Below, one piece after another: positions 1 to 9,820 of a DNA stretch of 64,000 nucleotides (positions within the stretch are counted from its first letter, which is position 1; the number at the start of each line of letters is the position of its first letter). Source of the stretch: Candidatus Parcubacteria bacterium. Lineage in GTDB: Bacteria > Patescibacteriota > Patescibacteriia > UBA1558 > GWA2-36-10. The notes below the pieces were generated by a model, which was given only the letters and a program-made list of their open reading frames with translations, was not told the DNA's origin and did not search any database. The translations under genes were made by a program, and so were the position numbers. Location: positions 3,022 to 67,021 of the forward strand of contig JABJNO010000025.1 of NCBI GenBank assembly GCA_018664825.1, in the 5' to 3' direction.

Positions 1-28
1 AAATATCGAAAGATTGCCGCCTGAATTA

Positions 29-70
29 ATACCCCGTCTATTTCTTATATTGGACGGGGTTTTTTATTTT
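29..70 (+). terminator. Rho-independent terminator of an upstream gene outside the window
   Basis: ACCCCGTC...GACGGGGT stem followed by a T-run. Confidence 0.65.
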
Positions 71-78
71 GCTAATAT

Positions 79-108
79 TTGACAAAAGTTTTCAAAACTA
101 GGTAAGAT
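79..108 (+). promoter_or_regulatory. Putative sigma70 promoter
   Basis: TTGACA (79-84), 18-nt spacer, TAAGAT (103-108), upstream of the 157 ORF. Confidence 0.5.
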
Positions 109-156
109 AAGCACACTCCTTTGCATTTATAAATTGAAACTTAGACACATAAGGAG

Positions 157-837
157 GTGGTCATGAGAGGCCAAAAATGTCATTGTCTAAAATGTACCAA
201 GCCGAGAGTACTTACTAGACATCACGTGTTTCCGGCCAGGTTCTTTAAAATAAGAAAGAAAGGAGTAGGAATTCCAGTAACCTGGGTCTGTCGTACCTGT
301 CACGATGTTTTGGAAATTTGGATTCCCAAAGTTGAGATTTTGGACAGGACAGACTACTTGGTTATTTTTAATAGCTGGTTATTTTGGGAAAACGGTGCCC
401 ACAAAAGCAAACAAAGACGAATCAATGATATATTTACCTCTCTTAGAGACAATGGTCCTAAGATAATCACCAGTCCAGCAGACAGAGACTGGTCAAGCAT
501 GGGACACTGTGTATCGTGTGGTAATCGTCGTCGTTTGTTTACTTACAATGTTTTCCCGCCAGATATTTATGGAAATGAAATAGTCAGTCCATACATCAAG
601 GTCTGTGCTACTTGTTTTATGGCCCTTGAAGAAATGACGCCAGCAGTCCGCTTGCCCAGGAGGAGTGACTATATTTTACTCGCTCAATCATTTCTTTATC
701 GTCAGCATGGTCATAAAGCCCTGAGAAAACTTTTGAAGAAAATTGGTCCAATCATAGGAGTACAAAACCAAAGAGTTCGTCATAAGTTTTTTCCTGACGA
801 TAGTCCTTTCAACGATCTTATTCGCCCTATTCAATGA
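157..837 (+). CDS. Tandem HNH-like zinc-finger protein (one intact and one degenerate module)
   Basis: CLKC..TRHHVFP..VCRTCHD, then CVSC..TYNVFP..VCATCF; AAGGAGG ribosome-binding motif at 151-157, so the start may be the ATG at 163. Confidence 0.6.
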   Translation: MVMRGQKCHCLKCTKPRVLTRHHVFPARFFKIRKKGVGIPVTWVCRTCHDVLEIWIPKVEILDRTDYLVIFNSWLFWENGAHKSKQRRINDIFTSLRDNGPKIITSPADRDWSSMGHCVSCGNRRRLFTYNVFPPDIYGNEIVSPYIKVCATCFMALEEMTPAVRLPRRSDYILLAQSFLYRQHGHKALRKLLKKIGPIIGVQNQRVRHKFFPDDSPFNDLIRPIQ

Positions 838-850
838 ATGGGGCGATTGT

Positions 851-889
851 ATCCCGTGTTTTTATTAAAAAGCACGGGATTTTATTTTA
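851..889 (+). terminator. Rho-independent terminator
   Basis: ATCCCGTG...CACGGGAT stem followed by a T-rich tail. Confidence 0.65.
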
Positions 890-974
890 GAACAGTATTT
901 TGCGCTCTTGAAATATTTTTTAAATTAATGTATACTACTGCTGTTATTTTAATTAATTACTAAGAAAAAAGTAT

Positions 975-2294
975 ATGAACCAAAAACTGAAAGGATTAAT
1001 TTTCTTTATTTTGGAGATCGCTGTTATTTCTGCGATTTTGTATTTTGTGAGAGGTAAATTGGTAGACTCTCATCATCATGAGGTAAATACTTATTTACCA
1101 ATGTTGATTGATATTGCCTTTTTGGGTATTTTTGCTAGTTTTGGCGGTCGTTTGGCCAAGGCTCTAAAAATTGCCCCTATGGCCGGTAAAATTATTATAG
1201 GTATTATGGTTGGACCTGCTTTGTTGGGAGTGGTAGATCCTTATTCTTCTGGTGTAGAGCTAGCTAGGTTGGCTGGTGTGTTATTTATATTATTTGAAGC
1301 TGGGCTTCATTTTGATATGGAACTTTTGAAGAAAAATATTGGCATTGCTACTGCAGTAGCCTTTGGTGGTGTTTTGATTCCATTGCTTTCATTTGCAGCT
1401 CTAGGACATTATGTAATAGGTTTAGAATGGTTACCAAGTATTTTCTTGGGAGGTATTTTTACAGCTACTTCAGTTGGACTATCTGTCGAAGCCCTGAAGA
1501 GAGCTGGTAAACTAGAAACAAACATCGGTAATCAGATTGTAGGCGCGGCTGTGATTGATGATATTTTGGGTGTTATTATTTTGACAGTTTTAGCCAAGAT
1601 GTCTTCTACTGGAGGAGAGCATGGAGTAGAGGCCGCTGGCATGAATCCTTTTGTAATGTTGGCTATTGGTGTTTTGGTATTTTTGTTTGCCACCTATGCT
1701 CTATGGACATGGGGTATCGCTGATAAGATTGCCAAATATTTGAACAATCAGTATTCAAGCAACAGTACTGGCATTTTTACTAGATTTTTCTTTTTTATGT
1801 TGATGCTAGGTGGTTCTCTGGCTGCTATTTTGGGCTTAGAGCCTGTTTTGGGAGCCTTTGGTATAGGTGTAGTCCTATCAAAGGTAGATAACGAAATAAA
1901 GCACAGTGCTTGGGACAAGATAGAGGGCTATATGCATATTTTTGTGGGAGCCTTTTTGGTAAGTATTGGTACTATGTTACCCAGAGAAGCCCTGATGGAC
2001 TTCAAAGTCTGGATGTGGGCAATACTATTTACTATCTTGGGTTTTGTTGGTAAATATATCGTTCGTTGGTTCTTGAAAGATAAAAACGATGGTAAGCTCG
2101 TCGGTCTAGCCATGTCTATTCGTGGTGAAGTAGGGCTGGTATTTGTGGCGGTAGCCTTGGCTAATCATGCCCTAGATGAAACCATGGCCTCAGCTTCGCT
2201 CTTGGCTGTAATCCTAGTGACTGTCTTGGGAGCAATTCTATTTGAAAAAGAAGTCAATAAACAGATGGCTGAAGAGAAGAAAATAGAAGAGTAA
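975..2294 (+). CDS. Cation:proton antiporter (CPA2, NapA/KefB-like)
   Basis: About 12-13 hydrophobic segments; motifs LFEAGL, ATSVG, AAVIDDILG, RGEVGL. Confidence 0.9.
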   Translation: MNQKLKGLIFFILEIAVISAILYFVRGKLVDSHHHEVNTYLPMLIDIAFLGIFASFGGRLAKALKIAPMAGKIIIGIMVGPALLGVVDPYSSGVELARLAGVLFILFEAGLHFDMELLKKNIGIATAVAFGGVLIPLLSFAALGHYVIGLEWLPSIFLGGIFTATSVGLSVEALKRAGKLETNIGNQIVGAAVIDDILGVIILTVLAKMSSTGGEHGVEAAGMNPFVMLAIGVLVFLFATYALWTWGIADKIAKYLNNQYSSNSTGIFTRFFFFMLMLGGSLAAILGLEPVLGAFGIGVVLSKVDNEIKHSAWDKIEGYMHIFVGAFLVSIGTMLPREALMDFKVWMWAILFTILGFVGKYIVRWFLKDKNDGKLVGLAMSIRGEVGLVFVAVALANHALDETMASASLLAVILVTVLGAILFEKEVNKQMAEEKKIEE

Positions 2295-2310
2295 AATATT
2301 ATATAATTTA

Positions 2311-2355
2311 AAACCATCCACCCGTTCGACTTTGCTCAGGGTGGGTGGTTTTTTT
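2311..2355 (+). terminator. Hairpin terminator enclosing a TTCGAC..GCTCAGG repeat half-site
   Basis: ACCATCCACCC...GGGTGGGTGGT plus T-run; loop TTCGACTTTGCTCA resembles the repeats at 46321-46370. Confidence 0.55.
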
Positions 2356-2403
2356 ATTGGCTATTTTATGGTAAAATAAACATAATATTAAAGATAAAAA
2401 AAT

Positions 2404-3432
2404 ATGCTCACAGTTTGGTTTATTGTTTTTGCGGCTAGTATCTGGGTTTTGGTAAAATCAGCAGATTATTTTACTGACTACGCAGAAAAACTGGGCAAGA
2501 TTTTTAATCTACCAAATTTTATTGTAGGCGTCATGATAGTGGCTGTTGGTACATCTTTACCTGAGTTTGCAACTTCTATAGTTGGTGCTTATAGAGGAGA
2601 GGCAGAATTTTTGAGTGGTAATGTACTCGGTACAGTGATAGTCAATATTTTATTGGGATTGGGAGTGGCTGTATTGTTTGTCCGTAAAAAAGCTGTTTTT
2701 GATTGGGATATAGTATCAAACGACCTGCCATTTTTTGCGGCAGCTATTTTTTTGGTAATTATTACTTTATCAGATGGTAAATTTACCTTTGTTGAAGCTT
2801 TGATATTTTTGGCTGGATATATAGTTTATATTTTTTATGCTTACCATATTCAAAAATCTATCAAGGAAAAAGCAAAAGAAAAATTTGAAAAACAGCAAAA
2901 AGAAGAAATCAAAAGTGATATAGCAGAAGTAAGTAGCGGTAAAGATCATGGTCATCATGAAAGGGATGCTGCCAAACGAAAAAAAAAGGTTTTGAAAATT
3001 GTTTTCTTTTTGAAAATAAGTTTGACTATTGTAGCGGTTAGTTCAAAATTTGCGGTTGAGGCCGTAATCAATATAGCGGGCATGTTAGGACTTGCGACTC
3101 CTGTTGTTGCGGCTAGTTTGGTGGCTCTGGGCACTTCTTTACCAGAGATTATAGTAGCTATTTCAGCGGCTCGTAGAGGTAATTTTGATATGGTAATTGG
3201 GGATATTATTGGTTCAAATATTTTTGACTTATTTGTCATATTTGGAGCAGTTGGATTATTTGCGGAGATTACTATTAGTAGAGATATGTTTATTATCTTG
3301 GGATCATTTTTGGTGGGATCATTTTTCTTGATGTGGTTAGCCTTTATAGACAAAAAAATGACCAAGACAGAAGCAGTTATGTTTATTTTGATTTACATAC
3401 TATTTGTAGGTAAATTATTTAATATATTTTAA
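2404..3432 (+). CDS. Calcium/sodium antiporter (YrbG/CaCA family)
   Basis: Two alpha-repeats GTSLPE...GN/GSN; two membrane halves separated by a charged, His-rich loop. Confidence 0.9.
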   Translation: MLTVWFIVFAASIWVLVKSADYFTDYAEKLGKIFNLPNFIVGVMIVAVGTSLPEFATSIVGAYRGEAEFLSGNVLGTVIVNILLGLGVAVLFVRKKAVFDWDIVSNDLPFFAAAIFLVIITLSDGKFTFVEALIFLAGYIVYIFYAYHIQKSIKEKAKEKFEKQQKEEIKSDIAEVSSGKDHGHHERDAAKRKKKVLKIVFFLKISLTIVAVSSKFAVEAVINIAGMLGLATPVVAASLVALGTSLPEIIVAISAARRGNFDMVIGDIIGSNIFDLFVIFGAVGLFAEITISRDMFIILGSFLVGSFFLMWLAFIDKKMTKTEAVMFILIYILFVGKLFNIF

Positions 3433-3447
3433 AAAATAAAAAAAAAT

Positions 3448-5070
3448 ATGGACGAAGTACAAAATCAAACTCCTCAAACACCACCTCAGCCAGTAGCGCC
3501 TCAGGCTGTGGCTAGTCCTGATCCAAGTGTACAACCAGTCAAAAGTAAAAGTAACAAGTCAAAGATTATTTTAGGAATAATTTTGTTTGTTGTTTTGGTT
3601 GTAGTTGGTGTAGGTGGTTGGTGGTATTATGCTTTTGGTAAAGCATTTTTATTAACCAACAGCGCAGAATTTCCTTGGGGTGAAGAAGTAAAAAATTATA
3701 AAACAACCACAGATTTTAAATTTTCTGTCCAAGGGATTACAAAAAATGAAGAGTTTACAAATGAAGTAGGGGGCATGTTTGGTCCTCAGGATAGTTTTGG
3801 TATTAGTGGTACGATAGCCCAACAAAACATTAGCGACAATTTTTCTAGTGAAGCAACATATGTCGTTGATTATGGAGATGCCTTTTCTTTGAATCTGGCT
3901 GCCAATTTCAAATTGATTGATAGCATCATGTACATCAATCCAGATTTGACTGCTTTAGAAGCTTTGCCGTTGCCATTTGAGCTAGACCTGGACCTTAAGG
4001 GTACTTGGGTTGAAGTTCCTGGTGACATGTTTGTGCAAGACGATGAAGATTCTCCTGAGCAAGAAGCCTATTCAGAAAGATTTGATAATTTTATAGAGAA
4101 ATTAGAAGATATGGACGCCTTAGGATTCAAAGATCCTCATGAAACCAAAGATAGTTCTCAGGGTAAATTGATGAAAGTAAATTATACAATAGATGGCACC
4201 CAGTTAGATGGTATAGTGATGGCCTCTATTGAATCTGGTCTTACTTCGGCTTATGATATCGTGCCAAGTGAGCTTAGTGGTGATGAGCTTAATGCAATGA
4301 TTAGTGGAGACAAAGAAGAGTTTGAAAAATTTAAAAAAGAAAATGAAGAGCAGTGGGAATTGATGAAACACTATCTTTCTAATATCACATTATCTGCTTG
4401 GATAAATACCAAGACAAAAAATATTCAGGTTATGGAATTGGTGGGTGAAAATCTACCAATAGATTTGGAAGAAGACAAGGGTACAATGAGTTTTACAATA
4501 AGTTCTTTTTATGAACCAATTGAAGAAATGACCATCGAAAAACCAACCGACACCATGACTGCCGAAGAGTTGATGACTGGTATAATGACTCAGATTATGG
4601 GTGGCGGAATGATGCCTGAGCAAGCAGTCGTTGATACCGATGGTGATGGCCTGAGTGATGATATGGAATTTTATTATGGTACAGAAGTAGCAAATCCTGA
4701 TACCGATGGTGATGGCTATCTTGATGGCGAAGAAGTTTTGGGCGGCTACAATCCAAATGGAGAGGGTCTTTTAGAAGAAGAAGAGGATTTATTTGGAGGA
4801 GAAGTTTTTTATAATACCAATGAAGAGGCTTGTGTAGCCACTGGTGGAACATGGGGATCAACAGACGAGGCTACTAATATTGCCTGTGCTGCTGTTGTGG
4901 TAGAAGATTTCGAAGATCCATATGATGGCTATGACACCTGTGAAAAAAAGAGAGGGTGTAGGTGGGATTTATATGAAGGCAAATGCGCAAGTGTATCAAA
5001 TTATTGTTCTTGTTCTAGTGGTACTGAATACTATATTTCGGGGAATGATTTATTTGTAGGGTGTCAATAA
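3448..5070 (+). CDS. Membrane-anchored acidic surface protein with thrombospondin type-3-like Ca-binding repeats and a Cys-rich tail
   Basis: P/Q-rich N-terminus, single TM helix, DTDGDGLSD..DTDGDGYLDGEEV..GYNP, C-terminal Cys cluster. Confidence 0.75.
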   Translation: MDEVQNQTPQTPPQPVAPQAVASPDPSVQPVKSKSNKSKIILGIILFVVLVVVGVGGWWYYAFGKAFLLTNSAEFPWGEEVKNYKTTTDFKFSVQGITKNEEFTNEVGGMFGPQDSFGISGTIAQQNISDNFSSEATYVVDYGDAFSLNLAANFKLIDSIMYINPDLTALEALPLPFELDLDLKGTWVEVPGDMFVQDDEDSPEQEAYSERFDNFIEKLEDMDALGFKDPHETKDSSQGKLMKVNYTIDGTQLDGIVMASIESGLTSAYDIVPSELSGDELNAMISGDKEEFEKFKKENEEQWELMKHYLSNITLSAWINTKTKNIQVMELVGENLPIDLEEDKGTMSFTISSFYEPIEEMTIEKPTDTMTAEELMTGIMTQIMGGGMMPEQAVVDTDGDGLSDDMEFYYGTEVANPDTDGDGYLDGEEVLGGYNPNGEGLLEEEEDLFGGEVFYNTNEEACVATGGTWGSTDEATNIACAAVVVEDFEDPYDGYDTCEKKRGCRWDLYEGKCASVSNYCSCSSGTEYYISGNDLFVGCQ

Positions 5071-5106
5071 TATTTATATATAAAAATAAAAATAATTTTT
5101 TAAAAA

Positions 5107-8100
5107 ATGGAAAATCAAAATTATCAACCGGTAAATTTACCAGAGTCCCAACCGGCTCAAGTGCCACCGAGTCATACTCCGCCACCGCAGGCACCGCAGG
5201 CACAAAAGCCTCACAGAGGAATGTCAAAGAAATCAACTGGTATGATAGCTGTATTAGCTTTTATACTTTTGGTAGTTGGGGGAGGTGCTTATGCTTTTTT
5301 CTTTACAGACTTGAAGTACAAAATACCTTGGCTCAGACCAGATGAGTCTCAACTAGTCAATTTGATGTATAATAGATTGTCCACTCTAGATGGGGCGGAT
5401 TTTTCTGTTGAGTACAATCTCTATGTAGCAGACAGAGATCAGGATATTATAGGTGATAGTGGCAACAGTAAGAGTGAAAGGGAGATGAGAAATTTGGCCT
5501 ATGACGTCCGATCATACTTGGCCAATCCAAAATCAGTCTTGACTAGATGTATAAATGATGGCGGAGAGCTTTTGCATGATGGTAAAAATACCTGTGATGG
5601 TGATGATAAACCCAAAAAAGACACTACAATGTGCAAGGGTGCTGATGGTAAAGTATATACTGCTATATGGGCAAGTCTAGAGGAAAAAGAATGGGAATAT
5701 CAAGATGATTGTGATTTTTCAAAAAATGAATTAGGCAATGTCACTTGGTCATATTCTGCAAAATCAACTTATAACGAAGATGCAGTTGAGTGTACGGAAG
5801 TTGGGTGTATTTTGGCAAGAGAAAACGATACATTAGATTTAAACACATCAGATGCCTTGATGTTTGCAGCTGGCAATTATTTCCAAGAAATTTTGGAAGA
5901 ATTAGAAGATCAAATTCCAAAAAACTTTGATGCCAAATTAGAATTTTCTGGTAAAGGATTTTCTATTTCCAATAGAGAAAAAGGAGAAAAATATCTACCC
6001 GATATAGAAGTTGGCCTAAAAGGTGAGGGGGATTTTTCTTCTCTGAGCGTAAAGTTGGATTTAGCAGCCAAGGTGGTAGATGATAAATTTTATTATAAAG
6101 TAGATAGTTTCCCAATGTTGGATATCACCGAAGGACATATGGGAGAATGGATAGAGATGGATACCGAACAAAATAGATCGTTTGCTGATATAGTGCCTGA
6201 GTATCAAGAAGAGCAAAAAGAAATTATTGATGATTTTCGTAATTTTATAGCTCAAACAAAAGATTATGATATTTTAGAGTTTGTTCCAAACGGTAAAACC
6301 ATCAAAATAGAAGGGGTGACCAGTAAATTATTTGATGTGACAGTAAAGGCGGAAAATATTCCTACTTGGTTAGAAGATGTTGTTAAAAAGGTTAGAGATA
6401 ATCAAGAGAAAATTGTAGATTCAGGCTTGATGGATATAAAGATAGAAAGCTCTGATGAAATGACCGAAGAAGATAAGGTCAAAATTGTAAATTATATTAA
6501 TAAGACATTAAAAAATTTAAATATTACAGCTGGTATTAGCACCAACACAGGGGACTTGATGTATTTGGAATTATTCTCCAGAATTTTACCAACAGCAGAT
6601 TCCAAAAAATTTGCCGATAAACAATTTAATTCTGTTTTAAAAATAAAAGCCTGGAATCAAAATAGTCCTTCAAAGATAGAGGCGCCCGGCGAATTTATCA
6701 GCTATGATGAGATTGATCAAGAAAAAAAGGGCTTGGATGATTTGGAGTATGCTGATTATAAACAATCAATGAGAATTACCAGTGTCCGACAAGATCTGGA
6801 TAAATACTATAAAGAGCACAAAAAATATCCAGATGAATTGAAAAAAGCTACCAAGCAGTATAGAGACTTGATTACAGATAAGGAGTATAAATATAGTGTA
6901 GATGGCAATAATTATGCCCTGATCTATACCATGAACAACACTACTATTCCTCCAGGGCAATTGAATAATAAACCAAGTAGTGCTGGCAGTGCTGGTGAAT
7001 GGGGATACAACGACTTGGATTCTGTTAATTTGGGTTATCCGGGTGGTTATGACAGAAGTGCTAGTTATAAAAGATTTTATTCCTATAATTATGTTTTAGA
7101 AAATTATTTATATTGGCATAGTGGTGAAAATCAAGCTGATCGTTATTCTCCTGTTGCTGATCAACATAAAACATCTGATAAGCTTGTCGTTGAGGGGGAT
7201 TATACAGATCACGATGTTTATGTAGCTGTTACTCAGTCCAAAAATATTAGAGCTATTTTGAGCACACTCAAAAACAAAAAGAGCTCAGATGGTAAATATC
7301 CAGATAATATAGATCCAGAAGAAGATCGTGAAATAGGTAAATATTATTATAATAACTTTAGTTATTGTGAAGATTTGATGACCAGTAATAAATGTGATTA
7401 TAAATCAATTAATAATGGCGAAGATTTTGAGCTCAAAGTAAATTTTGGAATGGATAGTTCAGGTATTGCCAAGAGCCTCTCTGGCTATAACTATGTTACT
7501 GTTTTTGATAAAGGTATAAATACTTTCAATGAATTTTCTACTGTTGATGCCAACAAGGACACAGATAGAGATGGCTTACTTGATATAGACGAGCTCAAAT
7601 ATGGCACAGACATAAACAACAAAGACACAGATGGTGATGGCTATTATGACGGTGAAGAAGTCCGTGGTGGTTACAATCCATTGGGATCTGGACTTTTGGG
7701 ACAAGAGGGTGAGCAAGTTGATCAAGGGGAGACAATCACTGGGTATTCTGTTCCTGATTTTAGCAAAGATTGGTATAGAGGAGATAAAGATGCTGGGCTT
7801 ACAGTTATTACTTTTTCTGATGTTGATTGTCCTTTTTGTGCTAGGTTTCATACTACTATGAATGAGGCGCTAGATTATTATGAGGGCCAGGTAAATTGGA
7901 TTCATCGACATTTTCCTTTGACAACCTTACATCCTGACGCCAAAAAAAAGGCTCATGCAGCTGAATGTGTAGGTGAGCTTGGAGATAGTGAAGATTTTTG
8001 GGCGTTCTTGGATTATGTTTTTGAAAATAGTGAAAGTTTGGCAGATCTTGATACTTATGTAACTACTATTGGTATAGATTCTGCCAAGTTTAAAGCTTGC

Positions 8101-8277
8101 CAAGATAGTGGAAAGTATAATTCAAAAATAGAAACACAGGCAACAGAGGCTCAGGCAGCCGGAGGTAGAGGGACTCCATTTAGTGTAGTAATAAAAAATA
8201 ACAAGGTAGTGGCTGAAATTCCAGGAGCCTTGCCTCTGGAGAGTATAAAGGCAACCTTGAATCAATTTGTAGAATAA
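5107..8277 (+). CDS. Large membrane-anchored protein with DxDxDG repeats and a C-terminal DsbA/thioredoxin domain
   Basis: N-terminal TM; DTDRDG/DTDGDG; FSDVDCPFC active site; RHFPL; cis-Pro GTP; IPGALP. Confidence 0.85.
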   Translation: MENQNYQPVNLPESQPAQVPPSHTPPPQAPQAQKPHRGMSKKSTGMIAVLAFILLVVGGGAYAFFFTDLKYKIPWLRPDESQLVNLMYNRLSTLDGADFSVEYNLYVADRDQDIIGDSGNSKSEREMRNLAYDVRSYLANPKSVLTRCINDGGELLHDGKNTCDGDDKPKKDTTMCKGADGKVYTAIWASLEEKEWEYQDDCDFSKNELGNVTWSYSAKSTYNEDAVECTEVGCILARENDTLDLNTSDALMFAAGNYFQEILEELEDQIPKNFDAKLEFSGKGFSISNREKGEKYLPDIEVGLKGEGDFSSLSVKLDLAAKVVDDKFYYKVDSFPMLDITEGHMGEWIEMDTEQNRSFADIVPEYQEEQKEIIDDFRNFIAQTKDYDILEFVPNGKTIKIEGVTSKLFDVTVKAENIPTWLEDVVKKVRDNQEKIVDSGLMDIKIESSDEMTEEDKVKIVNYINKTLKNLNITAGISTNTGDLMYLELFSRILPTADSKKFADKQFNSVLKIKAWNQNSPSKIEAPGEFISYDEIDQEKKGLDDLEYADYKQSMRITSVRQDLDKYYKEHKKYPDELKKATKQYRDLITDKEYKYSVDGNNYALIYTMNNTTIPPGQLNNKPSSAGSAGEWGYNDLDSVNLGYPGGYDRSASYKRFYSYNYVLENYLYWHSGENQADRYSPVADQHKTSDKLVVEGDYTDHDVYVAVTQSKNIRAILSTLKNKKSSDGKYPDNIDPEEDREIGKYYYNNFSYCEDLMTSNKCDYKSINNGEDFELKVNFGMDSSGIAKSLSGYNYVTVFDKGINTFNEFSTVDANKDTDRDGLLDIDELKYGTDINNKDTDGDGYYDGEEVRGGYNPLGSGLLGQEGEQVDQGETITGYSVPDFSKDWYRGDKDAGLTVITFSDVDCPFCARFHTTMNEALDYYEGQVNWIHRHFPLTTLHPDAKKKAHAAECVGELGDSEDFWAFLDYVFENSESLADLDTYVTTIGIDSAKFKACQDSGKYNSKIETQATEAQAAGGRGTPFSVVIKNNKVVAEIPGALPLESIKATLNQFVE

Positions 8278-8288
8278 TACAAGATAAC

Positions 8289-8325
8289 AAAAAACACCCC
8301 AAGCAAAATCGAGGGGTGTTTTTTT
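8289..8325. terminator. Bidirectional terminator between convergent genes
   Basis: AAAAAACACCCC...GGGGTGTTTTTT. Confidence 0.75.
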
Positions 8326-9646
8326 ATTTTATATAGTTTAGTGGATTTTTTCTTACTTCGTTGACCCTTACTTCAAAGTGAAGGTGAGGCCCAGTTGACC
8401 AACCAGTATTTCCTATCAAGGCGATGGTTTGTCCACGAGAAACACTATCACCAGCGTTGACTAGTAACTGGCTAGAGTGAGCATAGAGAGTTTTGATGCC
8501 ATTGCCGTGGTTGATTACTACATTGTATCCGTAGCCTCGAGACCAGCCAGATCTTTCTACTTTGCCGGCTTCGGCTGCATATATAGGTTTACCAGTTTTG
8601 TCTCCAACATCTAGCCCACTATGTCCCCAGTGATAATATTGAGTAATACGTTTGCTGATAAGTGGCCATAAAAATTTTGTGCCAGTATTTATGTTGGCGG
8701 CAGGTGGAACATCTTTGTCACTATATACAGGGGCAGGAGGCTTATAAGAAGAAACAACTCGAGTTGGTTTTACACCATTTGGTATAAAGAGTAGATCACC
8801 AACAGCAATGTCTCCAGCATCGGCTAGTTTATTTATTTCTACTACCTCAGAAGCTTCTGTTTGATATTTTTTGGCAATAGCCAAGACGGTATCTCCTGAT
8901 TTTATTTCGTGGCTAATACCAGATGTAGGTAGTATGCTCAGTTTTTGTCCAGGACGAATAGTACTATTCCAACTAAGTTCATTTTCCCAAAGTATAGTAC
9001 TGACAGAAATATTATATTTTTCGGCAATTTTACCTATCACATCACCAGGTTGTACGACATAATCAATAGGACCTGTCCTGCCGGCGGGTGTATTACCGGA
9101 GCCTATACCCGTATCTTCTGGATTGAGTAAGACCAGGCTACCAGAGTCAGTAGAAAAATCAGCATTATCTATATAATCATCTTCAAAATTTGGATTGTTG
9201 ATCACGAGCTCTTGGACATTACCCTGCTCTTCGAGGTAGTTTACAATTTTTGGTTGGTTTATCGCTGGACCTTCTTCTTCGATTAGCTCACTCCATTGCT
9301 CTTCGTCGGCAGTCACCAGAGAAGAGAGTAGAGTACGACTGGCATATTCATCAGTATTGTATCCTTGGGCAAAAATTGTATTGGTAGTGACAGCTATCAA
9401 TACAATGGCTACTCCAATACGAGGTAAATATCTTTTTATAAAATAAAGATAGTTTATATTTTTAATATTTGAGTTTTTTATTTTTATTTTGCTAAGAAGT
9501 AAAGTCTTGTAACCAAACAAAATAAAAGGGAAAATAGTAAATTTTCCTATGTTCAACAAAATCCAGCCCAAAAACCTGCCTCCACGGCCTGATTTTGTTC
9601 TTAGCCACATGACTCCATCGGCTGTTTTTATAGCCAATTTAGTCAA
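8324..9646 (-). CDS. LysM-domain M23 family metallopeptidase
   Basis: Two LysM repeats (YVVQPGD, HEIKSGD), HSGLD, YAH and STGPHLHFEV motifs. Confidence 0.92.
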   Translation of the reverse strand: MTKLAIKTADGVMWLRTKSGRGGRFLGWILLNIGKFTIFPFILFGYKTLLLSKIKIKNSNIKNINYLYFIKRYLPRIGVAIVLIAVTTNTIFAQGYNTDEYASRTLLSSLVTADEEQWSELIEEEGPAINQPKIVNYLEEQGNVQELVINNPNFEDDYIDNADFSTDSGSLVLLNPEDTGIGSGNTPAGRTGPIDYVVQPGDVIGKIAEKYNISVSTILWENELSWNSTIRPGQKLSILPTSGISHEIKSGDTVLAIAKKYQTEASEVVEINKLADAGDIAVGDLLFIPNGVKPTRVVSSYKPPAPVYSDKDVPPAANINTGTKFLWPLISKRITQYYHWGHSGLDVGDKTGKPIYAAEAGKVERSGWSRGYGYNVVINHGNGIKTLYAHSSQLLVNAGDSVSRGQTIALIGNTGWSTGPHLHFEVRVNEVRKNPLNYIK

Positions 9647-9820
9647 TAATTTCTTGATAATTAAACTTATATACTTATCTTAATTTTTATCTATTTTTGT
9701 AATATAAATAATAACATATCATCATCAAAAATAACAGTCAAGGGACAAAATGAGCCCGATTTTTGTATTTGATTTTTTAGCTAACAAATGATAAAATTCT
9801 ACTATAATTTCATTATTTTT

